Source of the DNA: Schizosaccharomyces osmophilus
Taxonomy: Eukaryota
NCBI RefSeq assembly: GCF_027921745.1
Contig: NC_079238.1
Coordinates: 2,728,001-2,792,000, forward strand
Length of the DNA stretch: 64,000 nucleotides
Reading direction: 5' to 3'
This document shows, piece by piece, positions 12,303 to 23,756 of the stretch. Positions within the stretch are counted from its first letter, which is position 1. Each line of letters begins with the position of its first letter. The notes beneath the pieces are model-generated. The model did no database searches. It was given only the letters and a program-made list of their open reading frames with translations, and was not told where the DNA came from. The translations under genes and the position numbers were made by a program.

Positions 12303-13560
12303 ATGAATCTATTAAGAAACCTTTTTTCACCACCTCGGCTGAGGACCCTAGCGTGCTACAAAACATTTTCCTCATCTGCTTGGGCATGGTCAGGACATAA
12401 TAGTAAGTAGGAAACGTTTCGTTGATAGTTACCTCTTGTGTTTCTACTGTAACGGCTCACGAATGTTCAACGAAAGGTAAAATTATTCCAGTTGACCGGT
12501 CTCGATCTTCAAATATACTCGCCGAAAGTATTGTAGAATATTTAGTCAGGCATTGAGCTCAGTCTGTTTGTTTTCCTCATCAATTTCTCAAATGATCGAG
12601 TTCTCAATCTTGACGGTGTTATGACCCCCCGCTTTGCTGTAAAAACACAAGAGAGTTCATTCTTGGTAAACTCAACGTGATCCTCTTTTTATTTTATTTT
12701 CTTTACTTTTTGTCTTTGTCTAACTAGTGTTACAGAATGGTCCAAAATCAAGCACAAGAAAACTGCAAATGACCAAGCACGTAGTAAACAAGTCGGAAAG
12801 TAAGCCCAACAGCTAATTAAAATTATGAGATGCTTACAAAAATGACAGGATTTCGCAGGGTATTACAATGGCCGTACGAACAGAAGGCACTAATCCCGAT
12901 ATGAATATTCGACTGGCTACGCTTTTAGAACAAGCGCGCAAAAACTCCATCCCAAAAAGTGTCATAGAAACGGCAATGAAAAGAGGTTCAGGTGGAGGAG
13001 GAGCTGATGGTATTATCATGCAAGCTCTTGATTACGAGGGAATGCATCCATCAGGCGTTGGATTTATTGTCGAAACAATTACAGATAATAGAAGTCGTGC
13101 AGCAGCCAACATTAAGCACATTCTTAAAAAGCACAGTGCTTCATTATCAAATGCAAAATTTCTGTTTTCAAAGAAGGGAAAAGTTGAAATGAATCCACCT
13201 GCAGATCGTCTTTCCATGGAGCTTGGGAATGTATTGGACGATGCGATTGAAGCTGGAGCCGAGGACGTAGTCCAGAGACCCAAAGAATTGGTAGATGAAG
13301 AAGATGAGGGTCAATTTGTAATTCTTGCCGAGCCTGCTTCCTTAAATGAAGTTGCTCAATATTTTCGGTCGAAGAATTACGAAATTAAAGACTCTCGAAT
13401 GATTTATGTTCCAGTTTCCGACACAGCAATTGACTTGCAGACAAACGAGCAAGCAAAAGAGCAAATGCAAAATCTAGTTGACGATTTGTATGACATTGAA
13501 GATGTTATGTATATCCATACAAGTGCCGCCAATTCCCATTATTTACCCTTAAGCAGCTAA
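12303..13560 (+). CDS. tac1: TACO1/YebC-family mitochondrial translation factor; introns 12403-12735 and 12800-12848
   Basis: Splicing restores the family signature [34 protein letters not shown] and TDNRSRA motifs; N-terminal presequence. Confidence 0.92.
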
Positions 13561-13875
13561 TAATTTCTTAAAAAATCTATTTTTTTGCGAAAGTTCCCCC
13601 TAAAAAAAATAAAACCTTTCATTTGCCGACTGGATACCAGCTATACCTTTATATGCCAGATACAACAATCTTTGCCTTACCTACTAGTATAAATGAATCA
13701 TATGATTGAAAGAACCAAATTTATTAAAATATTATGTCTAAAATACAACAATGGAATCATTAAAAAAGTTCACTATAGTGTCCAACTTTGGTAGCATCAA
13801 CTATAGAAAAGTATCTCATGTAGGCAACATAAGCTGACGCGGATTATGGAACACAATTCGTTCGGAGTCATCAGT

Positions 13876-14247
13876 TTATGTAAAGTAAATCCTCTCGGTT
13901 TCCTCAATTAAAGGTTCATTAGGATCACGGTGGTGAACCGTTGATATATTTGGCACCAATCTTCTCTGAACGACTTGCGCTGTCGTAGCAGGGAAGTTGG
14001 ACTGCGTTCGTTTTCGTTGACGAACGGCTCCTGAAACTTCACGAACTAAAACATCGAAAACCCTATTGACGACGACCGACTCTGCATCAAGAGCATCCAC
14101 AAAGCTGTCGAACGTGAACTTTTCTTGATGTTCCGGCAAACGATCATTGTACACATCAAGCGCGTAATCTACCAACTTTCTCGTTTTTCGATGAAAATTC
14201 GCAACAGAATCTGCTTGAGAGTCAGAGTCCACAAATGACCGACCCAT
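13876..14247 (-). CDS. Small lineage-specific protein of unknown function (position of S. pombe SPBC8D2.11)
   Basis: 123-aa ATG ORF with coding-like composition in the syntenic slot; no recognised domain. Confidence 0.6.
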   Translation of the reverse strand: MGRSFVDSDSQADSVANFHRKTRKLVDYALDVYNDRLPEHQEKFTFDSFVDALDAESVVVNRVFDVLVREVSGAVRQRKRTQSNFPATTAQVVQRRLVPNISTVHHRDPNEPLIEETERIYFT

Positions 14248-14721
14248 GGCTTCTCTGCGTTATTAGCGAAAAGATGATCACGAAAACTCGCTTGTTTTTA
14301 AACAAGCTAGCAAGCTTCAGGTCGGAAACTTCAAATCTTTTGTTCTAAATAAAACAATATCAAAAGTAACCCTTTATGGTAAAGAGATAATCCTCAGATA
14401 GATCCTAAGCTTAACTAAAGCATTGGCAATTATAATAACGACTCTTCGGATTGTGGTAAACAAACATAACGGATTCTAAGAAACACGGTAAATGGAATAA
14501 GCCAATTGAGGAAATTATAAAGAGCCAAAAAAGCCATAAATACATGCTGTACAGATGTAGAGAGGGGAATAGTGCATTCATTCAGTAAAGGAAACTTTCA
14601 ACAGTAATTGCTAAGTCCTTTGTATGAAGGAGAAACGAACAGGTATTCCCAACGGCGACAAAACATAACGGAGAGATTCGAAGTTTGGGAAAACGTGAAG
14701 TCATTGCTATTTTCTTCACTT

Positions 14722-14988
14722 TCACAAAAAGCCTGGCAATAGCTTCCTTAAAGCTTTTCTGTGAGCTCTCTTTGGCTCATGCATTTGGCGCTGTCTAGCT
14801 CGGGTACTACTGGAAGTACCGCGTACTAAATGTTGTCCTCCAGCATGATGACGAAGTAACGTCTTTTCCTTTCCAAAAGGAACCCAACGCTTTTTAGCAC
14901 CCGTATGGGTCTTCACTCCTCGAACAATACCCATTCGTATGGTACTTGGTATAGTAGAGCGAAACAAACCATGCATTAGAGAAAGCAT
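14722..14988 (-). CDS. new15: Mitochondrial ribosomal protein bL35m-like
   Basis: Basic 88-aa protein with presequence; GVKTHTGAKKRW..R.HAGGQHL..LRKLLP resembles the L35 family; name from recalled synteny. Confidence 0.75.
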   Translation of the reverse strand: MLSLMHGLFRSTIPSTIRMGIVRGVKTHTGAKKRWVPFGKEKTLLRHHAGGQHLVRGTSSSTRARQRQMHEPKRAHRKALRKLLPGFL

Positions 14989-15224
14989 TTCGATAAGCGA
15001 CTGCTGTTTCCTTTTTCCAAAAAACAAACCAACTATACTAGAAATTCAATTGTGAAAACTCAAGACCCTCAAAGTCTATATATTGTCGTAGCTACGCGCA
15101 GGTTAGCAGCTACTTGCCTGTACCTAGCCTTGTTACTAACTTTTGCTACTTTGTTGAAGTAACATCGAGAGGACAGTGTAAACCCATGTTTCTTCACTTA
15201 CTCTTTAAAAAACCATATTGAAAA

Positions 15225-17034
15225 ATGGATAATCGCAGTGATTCTGAGGTTGATTGGGAAAATGAAGGTACGCAACTTCAAATCTTATAGAATCCAGTTC
15301 TGCAGATTGGGTTTAGTTTTATACAGCACGTTTGACTAGTCGTTGCCTTGTGGCCGTAGTCTAGCAAAATACAAAGGTTGCTTTAGAGCATCCTTGTACA
15401 TTTTAATCTAGCTTGCATATAGGTGAAAACTTGACTGCTCTTCTCGGGACTTGATGTTTGACTGGCTGGCTTTATGTAAATACTAATTCCTTATATTAGC
15501 AGAAGAAATCTGGGAGGAAGATATAGAATTCAAATGCCTGTTTTGTAAAGATGTTTTAACATCCTTGAATGACTTATGGAACCATTGTAAACAAGGTAAG
15601 TAGACCATTGGATCGAACTTCTTCGCTTACCATCTATCAGCACACAATTTCGATTTCAAAAGCGTAAAAAAGGATTACCATTTGGAGTTTTATGACTGCA
15701 TAAAGCTTATTAATTACGTTCGATCACAAGTAGCAAAAGGACAGCCGATTGATTTAAAAAATTTATCTACTGTACTTGCTTCTGATGAATATATGATTTC
15801 GGTATTACCTGACGATGCTGTTTTGTTTTCATTGGGAGAGACCTTGGATTCGGATTTTGAAGACGATGTTCTTGACGTTGCTGTAGATCACAAAAAAAGC
15901 GACTCAAAAGAAGAAGAGCTCAAGTCTCTAAGACTACAGGTAAAATTGCTTACTACCCAAGTGGAAAAAATCAGAAAAGAAAAACTGGATGAACTTACTT
16001 CCCAAACTGCAAATTCTTCATTACAGGAACCTGGAAAAGTGATAGACAATGACTCTTATTATTTTGAGTCGTATGCTGGAAACGATATCCATTTTGTCAT
16101 GTTGAGTGACGGTGTAAGAACAGAAGGTTATAGAGATTTTATCTACGAAAACAAAAATTTGTTTCATGGAAAAACAGTTTTGGACGTTGGGTGCGGAACA
16201 GGCATTCTATCCATGTTTTGTGCTAAAGCCGGGGCTAAGCAGGTCTATGCAGTAGATAATTCTGATATCATTCAAATGGCAAGAACTAACGCATACGAAA
16301 ACAATTTGGCTGACAAAATTACTTTTATTCGAGGAAAGATTGAGGAAATACAAGTACCTGTTCCCAAGATCGACATTATCGTGTCTGAATGGATGGGCTA
16401 CGCCTTAACATTTGAGAGCATGATTGATTCAGTTCTTATTGCTCGTGACCGATTTTTGGCTGAAGATGGTCTTATGGCTCCTTCTGAAACGCGGTTGGTC
16501 TTGAGTGCAACCACCAACAGTGAGATTTTAGAAGAGCCCCTCGATTTCTGGAGTGATGTCTACGGATTTAAAATGAACTGCATGAAAGATGCTTCTTATA
16601 ACCGAGTCAATGTGGATGTTATTCCTGCTTCATATATGAATGCGAAACCCGTGGAATTCGCTACCATCAATATGCACACATGCAGGGTAAAAGATGTTAG
16701 TTTCAAACAACCTTTCTCTCTTACAATGACATCTTCTGGTCCTTTTTGCAGTTTTTTGATTTGGTTTGATACCTACTTTACTGCTTCAAAAGATGAACCC
16801 GTCCCATCATCCGTGGATAAGTCATTTGGGTTTACGACAGGTCCCCATCGTACGCCCACTCATTGGAAACAGTGCACATTAATTTTACGTGAGCGACCTC
16901 ATGTTGAAGCTGGTAGTGTGGTTCAAGGATCTATAGCTTTTATAAAGAATTCCGCCAACAATCGTGATTTGGATATTGAAGTTTCTTATCATGTTAATGG
17001 ACAAGACTACACACAGTCCTTCATTTTGAATTAA
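15225..17034 (+). CDS. rmt3: Type I protein arginine methyltransferase PRMT3; introns 15268-15499 and 15596-15640
   Basis: Spliced N-terminal C2H2 finger (CLFC...H..QAH); VLDVGCGTGILSMF, SEWMGY and THW loop motifs. Confidence 0.95.
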
Positions 17035-17393
17035 AACAACCCTAGTACTATATTGTTTTGGACAGGTTATATATATATTGCTTTCGTTTAATAAAATGGC
17101 CAAGGTTTGGCTCGTTTAGCCGTTCTTTAAGGGAAAATTGGGATGCGGTTAATCGATCTATGGATGCTTTTTAGCATAGAAATAATTTATTTTCTTTTCT
17201 TAGTATTGATTCTTATAATTTTCTTTTTAATACAGCATTTGAGTAATAACTAGAGCTTCTCATCGTTTTTCCTTCGCACTTAGTCCTTTGTTGTTCTGCG
17301 AACTACTCAAATACCGTACTGTAACGCATGAATATTAAGGGTAAAAGCTCCTACACTTATTAGTATTCACCATATTTACAAAATAGAAGCAGA

Positions 17394-17810
17394 ATGAATC
17401 GCAATACTCTTTACGTGAACAATTTGAACGATAAAATAAACAAAAATGATCTAAAAGTATCTTTATATGTTTTGTTTTCTACATATGGAACTGTCGTGGA
17501 TATCATTGCGTTGAAGACACCAAAAATGAGAGGTCAAGCGCATATTGTTTTCTATGATGCATCTGCTGCAGCGATTGCTATGAAAGCTTTAAAAAATACT
17601 CAGTTCTTTGGAAAGGAAATGGTAAGCGGCTTAAACAGACTTTCAGGGTATAAATCTAATTCTTGACATTAGCGGATCGACTATGCGAAAACGCAAAGTA
17701 AAATGGTTGAACGAATTTACGGTTCAGAACCAAGAGGTTCACTGAAGCGTTCACGAGAAGATGCCGATGTTGAGATTGAAGATGCTGGAATGTTGAAAAG
17801 GGCGTCTTAA
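17394..17810 (+). CDS. msl1: U2 snRNP B''/U1A-family RRM protein; intron 17622-17672
   Basis: TLYVNNLNDKI, KTPKMRGQAHIVF and FFGKEM|RIDYAK across a GTAAGC..CTAAT..TAG intron. Confidence 0.9.
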
Positions 17811-18176
17811 GTATATTTCCTTATCTTTGGAATGCTTTCAAAACCTTCATTTCAATGTTGGAGAGTATTATTTTACAGTGTTACGTTTTTATTCTGTTGA
17901 CTTTGGTGGTTTGTAAGATCTATAACAAACACTTGTAAAATTCCGTTGATTTCTAAACTTTCTTCATCTATTCATTCTTTATTTATAAACGAAGTTTGAA
18001 ACTTTTTTGACAATTCTAACGCATGGGAATTTGGATTGGGCTTTTTGGTCTTTAGATTATTCTTACAAAAAAAAAATGATGTCTTGTTTGTTTATTAGCG
18101 AGCTTTAACGCAGTATATCTTCTCTTGACACACTTTCCTGTTACGAACTATTTGGTAAATTGAACAGCAAACAATT

Positions 18177-20396
18177 ATGCCAAAAGATGTGTCTCTGGAT
18201 TTTTTACCATCCAGTTTTCCGAGTTGCGAATGCTCGAGTGATGGAAGGTTAGCCTTCTGTAACGGCGGACGCGTGCAAATTTTGGTAAGTCATAAAAGCT
18301 GATATTTTCTCGATGTTAATTGTAAATAGACTCCTTCCCATGAAATTAATACTCCAAGCTACATCAAATCACTCGCTATATTGGAGAATTATGATGAAAA
18401 TGACCGAATGCATTCGCGTAGGTAGCATACAGTCAGATTTAGGATTGTAAGAAAAATCCAATCATTGATGCTAATTTTGAAAAAGCAAGGGATCTGCGCA
18501 TAGGTGATTTAATATCAAATCATACGACTCGGAAGGTTGCATGGTCTCCTACAGGATTGTCGGAAAACTATGGGTACGTGCTTTGATCACAGATACCATG
18601 ATGGACTATTTAATGCCCTTCCTTATGGTATCTGAAATCATCATCTATCGGCGTTAACATAATTTAGATGCTTGCTTGCGGTTTTAACAAATCGATATCA
18701 GGTTTACTTATATTCCTCCACTAGTAAAATCCTGCACATGAATTGGAAGTGTGTATGCCATATAAATAATTATTTACCGAGAGGGTCCCTTGGTTCTTTG
18801 CGCATCCATATCTTTGCTTGGTCATCCCTACTTTCTCTCCCGCGGCTCTCACCTTGTGGTACTTGCTTACTAGGTTTAGGGGCAGAAGATGGAAATGTCC
18901 ATGTAATTTCCGTGTTTAGGAATTCAAATATGGCTACACACTCCATCAATCTTGAGTGCGGATGGCTGGTACGGCTTTCCTTTTCGTCATGGACCATCCG
19001 CAGTCAAACGGCCGTCTGTAACCTTGTCTGTGTATCGCAGAACAGCAACATTTATATCGTGCGTGTTGCTGTAGATCTCTTAACCGGTGATTTCGTAATG
19101 CATCGTCAAGATTTTCCTTTTAAAATTGGTCACCGGTCTATAGCACCAGTTGTAACCTGGTCTCCTGTGTTCAATGACACAGAATTCCTTGCACTTGCTT
19201 ATCCAAATACCCTCTACATTTCTTGTTATAGCAAGGCAAATGAGGAATTTTTCTCTATCAAGCCACACGAGCTTACTTCAGTCGCTTCACCCGTAGGTGT
19301 TTTCTTTGCTCGTGATGACAGAAACCGAATTTTAGTGTATATCTTGACTTCTTTAGCTGAACTCCAAGTTGTACTTTTGGAAATGGATCCAAGCAATGCT
19401 CTAGAGTTTCCTGAAAAGCAGCTTCTCGATAAGTTTTTAACGCATCGCCTACAAAATTACGGCTCCACTTCGGAACCATCGAAAAGCTTACGTATACATG
19501 CTTTTTGTCCTTCGCCTTATTCATCAACGGCTATCATACATTTCAGTGTGTCATACCCAAAAAGCTTCATCTATACTGCTTCAGCAATGGAACGTAGTTT
19601 TTGTGCTTATTCTCCTACTATCGCCTCAGAAACCACTTTCTCTCATTTGGTTAGTTCTTTCCTTACAAATTGTTGTTTCATATCTGCAGAAGGCTGTTTC
19701 TATGAATTGTCTTTACTAGAAGGCAGCAACAAAGTTTTTTTTGACGTATTAAAAATGCTGTCAGAAAGCTTATCCCAACTCTTAATCTCCGATTTTGATT
19801 ATTGTTTGAAATTTAAGGACACAACACCCTTTTCTAATTTAACCAGCGTATTTTTTGATCCTTCTTTAAATTCATTACGGCTTCTTTATGGATGGAGTGT
19901 CTATAGCCATAAAAGTCTGAACATTTCAATCTTTTCTTCTTTGCGTAACCGACTAGTCCTTTCTCTTATGGTTTTCGCTTTGAACAAGGTATCGTCGAAC
20001 AGTAATTATTTAACTGTTACGTGTAAAACCATTTTAAAAAATTGTGTTTCATTAACTTATAAAGAATTATCTGAAGTCCCGATTGCACTTGAAATCGCTA
20101 GTCGAATTGGCAAGTTTATTGATATTCCTTCTGCGTTTGAAGAAGTATGTCCTGCTTGCAAAAGTCATATCGAATCGACGAATGAAGCAATAGCAACTTG
20201 TAATAAAGGCCACGTTTGGCAACGTTGTTCGATAACTATGCTTTTACTATATCAACGGACTGCTAAATACTGCTCAATTTGTAAATCTGTAACTGTGGAT
20301 TGGGGGTCGTTGAATATCCAGGGCGCATGTTTTACGAAAGAAATCCAGGAAGAATTGGGTATTTGTTACTATTGCGGTGGTCATTACTTATCATGA
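18177..20396 (+). CDS. sfc9: TFIIIC subunit (Tfc8/TFIIIC90-like) with three small 5' exons
   Basis: WD-like N-terminus (AWSPTGL) and C-terminal Cys-rich CPAC..CNKGHVWQRCSIT..CSIC..CYYC zinc region; recalled synteny. Confidence 0.8.
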
Positions 20397-20561
20397 TTTT
20401 AGATGTAAAAAAAAATTTAACGATAGAAATCAGAAAGCTATATTCCTCCATATGACCTTACATTTTCTTAAATTCTATATAAATACTTAAATATCACTCA
20501 TATACGAGGAAGTTTTAAATCACCTGTTATTCGAAACGAATAAAAATTTTTTTTCAGTAAC

Positions 20562-23500
20562 CTAGAGCTTAAGAAGACTTAAAACGAAAGAAGCACCTTG
20601 AACATCTTGTTCTTCTGCGGCAATTAAGCCGGATTGCTTATTTTCGGTACCTTTTTCGATACCCCGACGCAAAATCTTGGTAAACAAAGCATCATTTGCC
20701 TCAATAGCTTTTTCTAACCCAATAGTATCATTTTTGAAAGAATAAGTCATGCGAACGTCGTCGGTGACCTGCAATTGACTCTTTTTGCGAAGACGCTGAA
20801 CACGGTTAATAACCTCGCGAGCCAAACCTTCAGATTGCAACTGAGGGTCATTCTCGGTATCAAGTAAAACGATACAGGTACCGTCAGTATTAGATTTCAA
20901 ATGTTCATTTTCGTTTTGAACAGACCGTATAATCTGTAAGTCACCTTCAACCAACTTAATGCCATCAAGAAGCATCTCTTTATTCTTTTGGAATTGTTTG
21001 ACGTCTTCGGTAGTAACGCTGGGAAGAGCCTTCTTAACGCGTGCCATATCTTTACGAAGCTTCTTACCCAAAACAGGCCAATCAGCTTGAGCACTGTAAA
21101 CAACGCCATACTTTTCTTCTTCGGCGGTGAAAACGACTTCACGGACGTTGAGTTCTTCCAGAATATAAGCCTCCAATGACTTAGCATCCTCAAGATATTC
21201 AGGATCAGTGACGATAACCACAAGATTTCTCAAAGGTGTCTTCAAAGAAATATTGTTTTGTTCACGCACATAACGAGTAAGATCAATAATAGTTTGCATG
21301 CGCTTGACACGACGCAAAACAGTCTCATCTGAAAGCTCTTCTCTATATGAAGGGAAAGGAAGAAAGTGAACCGAGCGTAAAGAGATGTCATTATGATCAA
21401 TATCCATGTAGTTTCTGAGTTGTTGGTAAATGTTCTCAGTTATGTAAGGTGTGAAAGGAGCCATGATGCGGGCAAGGGTAAACAAAACAGTGAAGAGGAC
21501 ATTCAAAGCCACAACAGTTTCCTGCTCACCGTTTTCACCCTTCAATCTACGTCTGTTGAAACGGATGTACCAGTTAGTCATTTCTTCAATAAGACCAAGT
21601 AATTGAGGGACAACCGTGTACAGACGGTATTGCTGCATTTCTTGATCAACGAACTGAATAAGATATTGACAGCGAGCAAGAATCCAGCGGTCCATGACGT
21701 TCTTGCTAAGCTCAGCATCTTCCTTATATACGAAATCTTTTCCGGTCACCTTCTTATAAAGAGCAGCTTGGCCATCAAAAAACTTATAACTGTTCCACCA
21801 AGGAATCAAGACTCTCGTGACAACTTCTCTAACACCCTCTTCCTTAAACTTCAAAACTTCAGCACGTACGACTGGAGAATTAATGAGGAACAGACGGAGA
21901 GCATCAGAACCATACTTTTGGATAACATAATTAGGTTCAGGATAATTCTTAAGACGCTTAGACATTTTTTTACCGTCTTCAGCCATGACCAAGCCGCTAA
22001 CAATTACGTTCTTGTAAGGAGCGACGCCATGTAATAATGTGCCCAATACGGTAAGCGTGTAGAACCAACCACGGGTCTGATCAACACCTTCAGAGATGAA
22101 GTCGGCGGGGAAACCATTCATGAAACTCTCTGAATTTTCAAAAGGATAATGACGAGAAGAATAAGGCATGCTACCCGATTCAAACCAACAATCAAAAACT
22201 TCGGAAATACGGCGAAGAGTACCTTTACCTTGCTTTGAAGGGATAGTAATATGGTCGATACTATCTCTATGGAGGTCCTTAATACCTGAAACACCGGAAA
22301 GCTCCTCAAGTTCCTTAACTGAACCAATGCAAATAATTTCTTCGTAGTCTTCACTAGCCCACAAAGGAATAGGAGTACCCCAGTATCTGTTACGTGAAAC
22401 ATTCCAATCACGAGCATTGCTAAGCCAGTTGGCAAAACGCTTATCACGAATGTTTTGAGGGACCCAGTGCGTTTTCATCACATTGTCCACCATTTGATCA
22501 GTGATACCTTTAACCTTAACAAACCAACTGGGTACAGCACGGTATAGAAGGGGTGTGTCCGAACGCCAACAGAAGGGGTAACTATGGAAAACTTGGCTAT
22601 GGCGCACTAAAGAGCCTCTATTCTTTAAAGTACGGATAATTTCTTTATCGGCATCCTTGACGTATTGGCCAACAAAGTCAGAGATTTCTTCGGTATAGCA
22701 ACCCTTTTCATCAATAGGGCATGGAGCAGGATGATCAGCATCGATAATACCGTTTGCCCAAGCAGCGTCATAATCTGCTTCACCGAAAGCAGGAGCTTGG
22801 TGAACAATACCAGTACCAGAACCTTCTTCAACGTAATCAGCACCGTATATAACAAAAGCACGTTCTTCATAATCAGAAGCAAAGTAAGGGAAAAGAGGCT
22901 TATACTTCGATCCGTTCAATTTAGAACCGCTGAAGCGCTCCAAAATTTCAAAGCTAGCCTTTTTGGGGTTCTTGTAGAGAATTCCAAGACAAGCCTCTTG
23001 TAAAATGTATTTTTTGTTTGACTCCTTATCCAAAATCTTTAGGTATTCAAGTTTGGGGTTAACAGCTAAAGCCAAATTGGAAGGCAATGTCCAAGGAGTG
23101 GTGGTCCAAGCAAGAACACCGACTTCTGGATCGTTGACAAGTTCAAAAGCAACAACAACTGCAGGATCAGGAACTTCCTTGTAATTTTGCTGAGCTTCAA
23201 AGTTACTTAAAGGGGTTGTACAAGCAGTAGAATAAGGCATAACACGGAATCCACGATAAACCTTCTTCTTTTCAAAAAGTTCCTTAAAAACCCACCAAAT
23301 ACTTTCCATGAAAGAAGGGTACAAAGTCTTATAGTCGTTATCAAAGTCAATCCAACGACCCAAACGCTCAACAGTTGCACGCCATTCGGCAGCATAAGTC
23401 ATAACAATGTTACGACACTCAGCATTATATTTGTCAATGCCAATTCTCATGACATCCTCAGTTCTAGAAATACCAAGCTTCTTATCTATTTCATGCTCAA

Positions 23501-23756
23501 CGGGTAAACCATGAGTATCCCAACCGAAACGGCGTTCAACGTGGTAGCCCTTCAAACAGGCGTAACGAGTAACGCTATCCTTGATTGTGGAAGCAAGCAA
23601 ATGTCCATGATGTGGGAGACCAGTTGCAAAAGGAGGACCGTCAAAGAAAGTAAATTCAGGACGTCCTTCGGAAAGCTTTAGTTGGGTGCGAAAGGCATCA
23701 ATTTCGCGCCAAAACGCCAAAACCTTTTCTTCTTCTTTAGGTACATTAAATGACAT
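20562..23756 (-). CDS. irs1: Cytoplasmic isoleucyl-tRNA synthetase
   Basis: 1064 aa; DGPPFATGLPHHGH (HIGH), WTTTPWTLPSN, EGVDQTRGWF and KMSKR motifs. Confidence 0.97.
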   Translation of the reverse strand: MSFNVPKEEEKVLAFWREIDAFRTQLKLSEGRPEFTFFDGPPFATGLPHHGHLLASTIKDSVTRYACLKGYHVERRFGWDTHGLPVEHEIDKKLGISRTEDVMRIGIDKYNAECRNIVMTYAAEWRATVERLGRWIDFDNDYKTLYPSFMESIWWVFKELFEKKKVYRGFRVMPYSTACTTPLSNFEAQQNYKEVPDPAVVVAFELVNDPEVGVLAWTTTPWTLPSNLALAVNPKLEYLKILDKESNKKYILQEACLGILYKNPKKASFEILERFSGSKLNGSKYKPLFPYFASDYEERAFVIYGADYVEEGSGTGIVHQAPAFGEADYDAAWANGIIDADHPAPCPIDEKGCYTEEISDFVGQYVKDADKEIIRTLKNRGSLVRHSQVFHSYPFCWRSDTPLLYRAVPSWFVKVKGITDQMVDNVMKTHWVPQNIRDKRFANWLSNARDWNVSRNRYWGTPIPLWASEDYEEIICIGSVKELEELSGVSGIKDLHRDSIDHITIPSKQGKGTLRRISEVFDCWFESGSMPYSSRHYPFENSESFMNGFPADFISEGVDQTRGWFYTLTVLGTLLHGVAPYKNVIVSGLVMAEDGKKMSKRLKNYPEPNYVIQKYGSDALRLFLINSPVVRAEVLKFKEEGVREVVTRVLIPWWNSYKFFDGQAALYKKVTGKDFVYKEDAELSKNVMDRWILARCQYLIQFVDQEMQQYRLYTVVPQLLGLIEEMTNWYIRFNRRRLKGENGEQETVVALNVLFTVLFTLARIMAPFTPYITENIYQQLRNYMDIDHNDISLRSVHFLPFPSYREELSDETVLRRVKRMQTIIDLTRYVREQNNISLKTPLRNLVVIVTDPEYLEDAKSLEAYILEELNVREVVFTAEEEKYGVVYSAQADWPVLGKKLRKDMARVKKALPSVTTEDVKQFQKNKEMLLDGIKLVEGDLQIIRSVQNENEHLKSNTDGTCIVLLDTENDPQLQSEGLAREVINRVQRLRKKSQLQVTDDVRMTYSFKNDTIGLEKAIEANDALFTKILRRGIEKGTENKQSGLIAAEEQDVQGASFVLSLLKL

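Noticed and set aside
12445..12566. SRP-, RNase P/MRP- or group I-like identity for the tac1 intron (CTGTAACGGC, GTCAGG)
   Set aside because: No SRP helix-8 motif, no P4 consensus boxes and no convincing group I P7 elements found
12546..12582. Minus-strand TGATGA..CTGA..CTGA inside the tac1 intron
   Set aside because: Spacing too short for a C/D snoRNA, and antisense to the host gene
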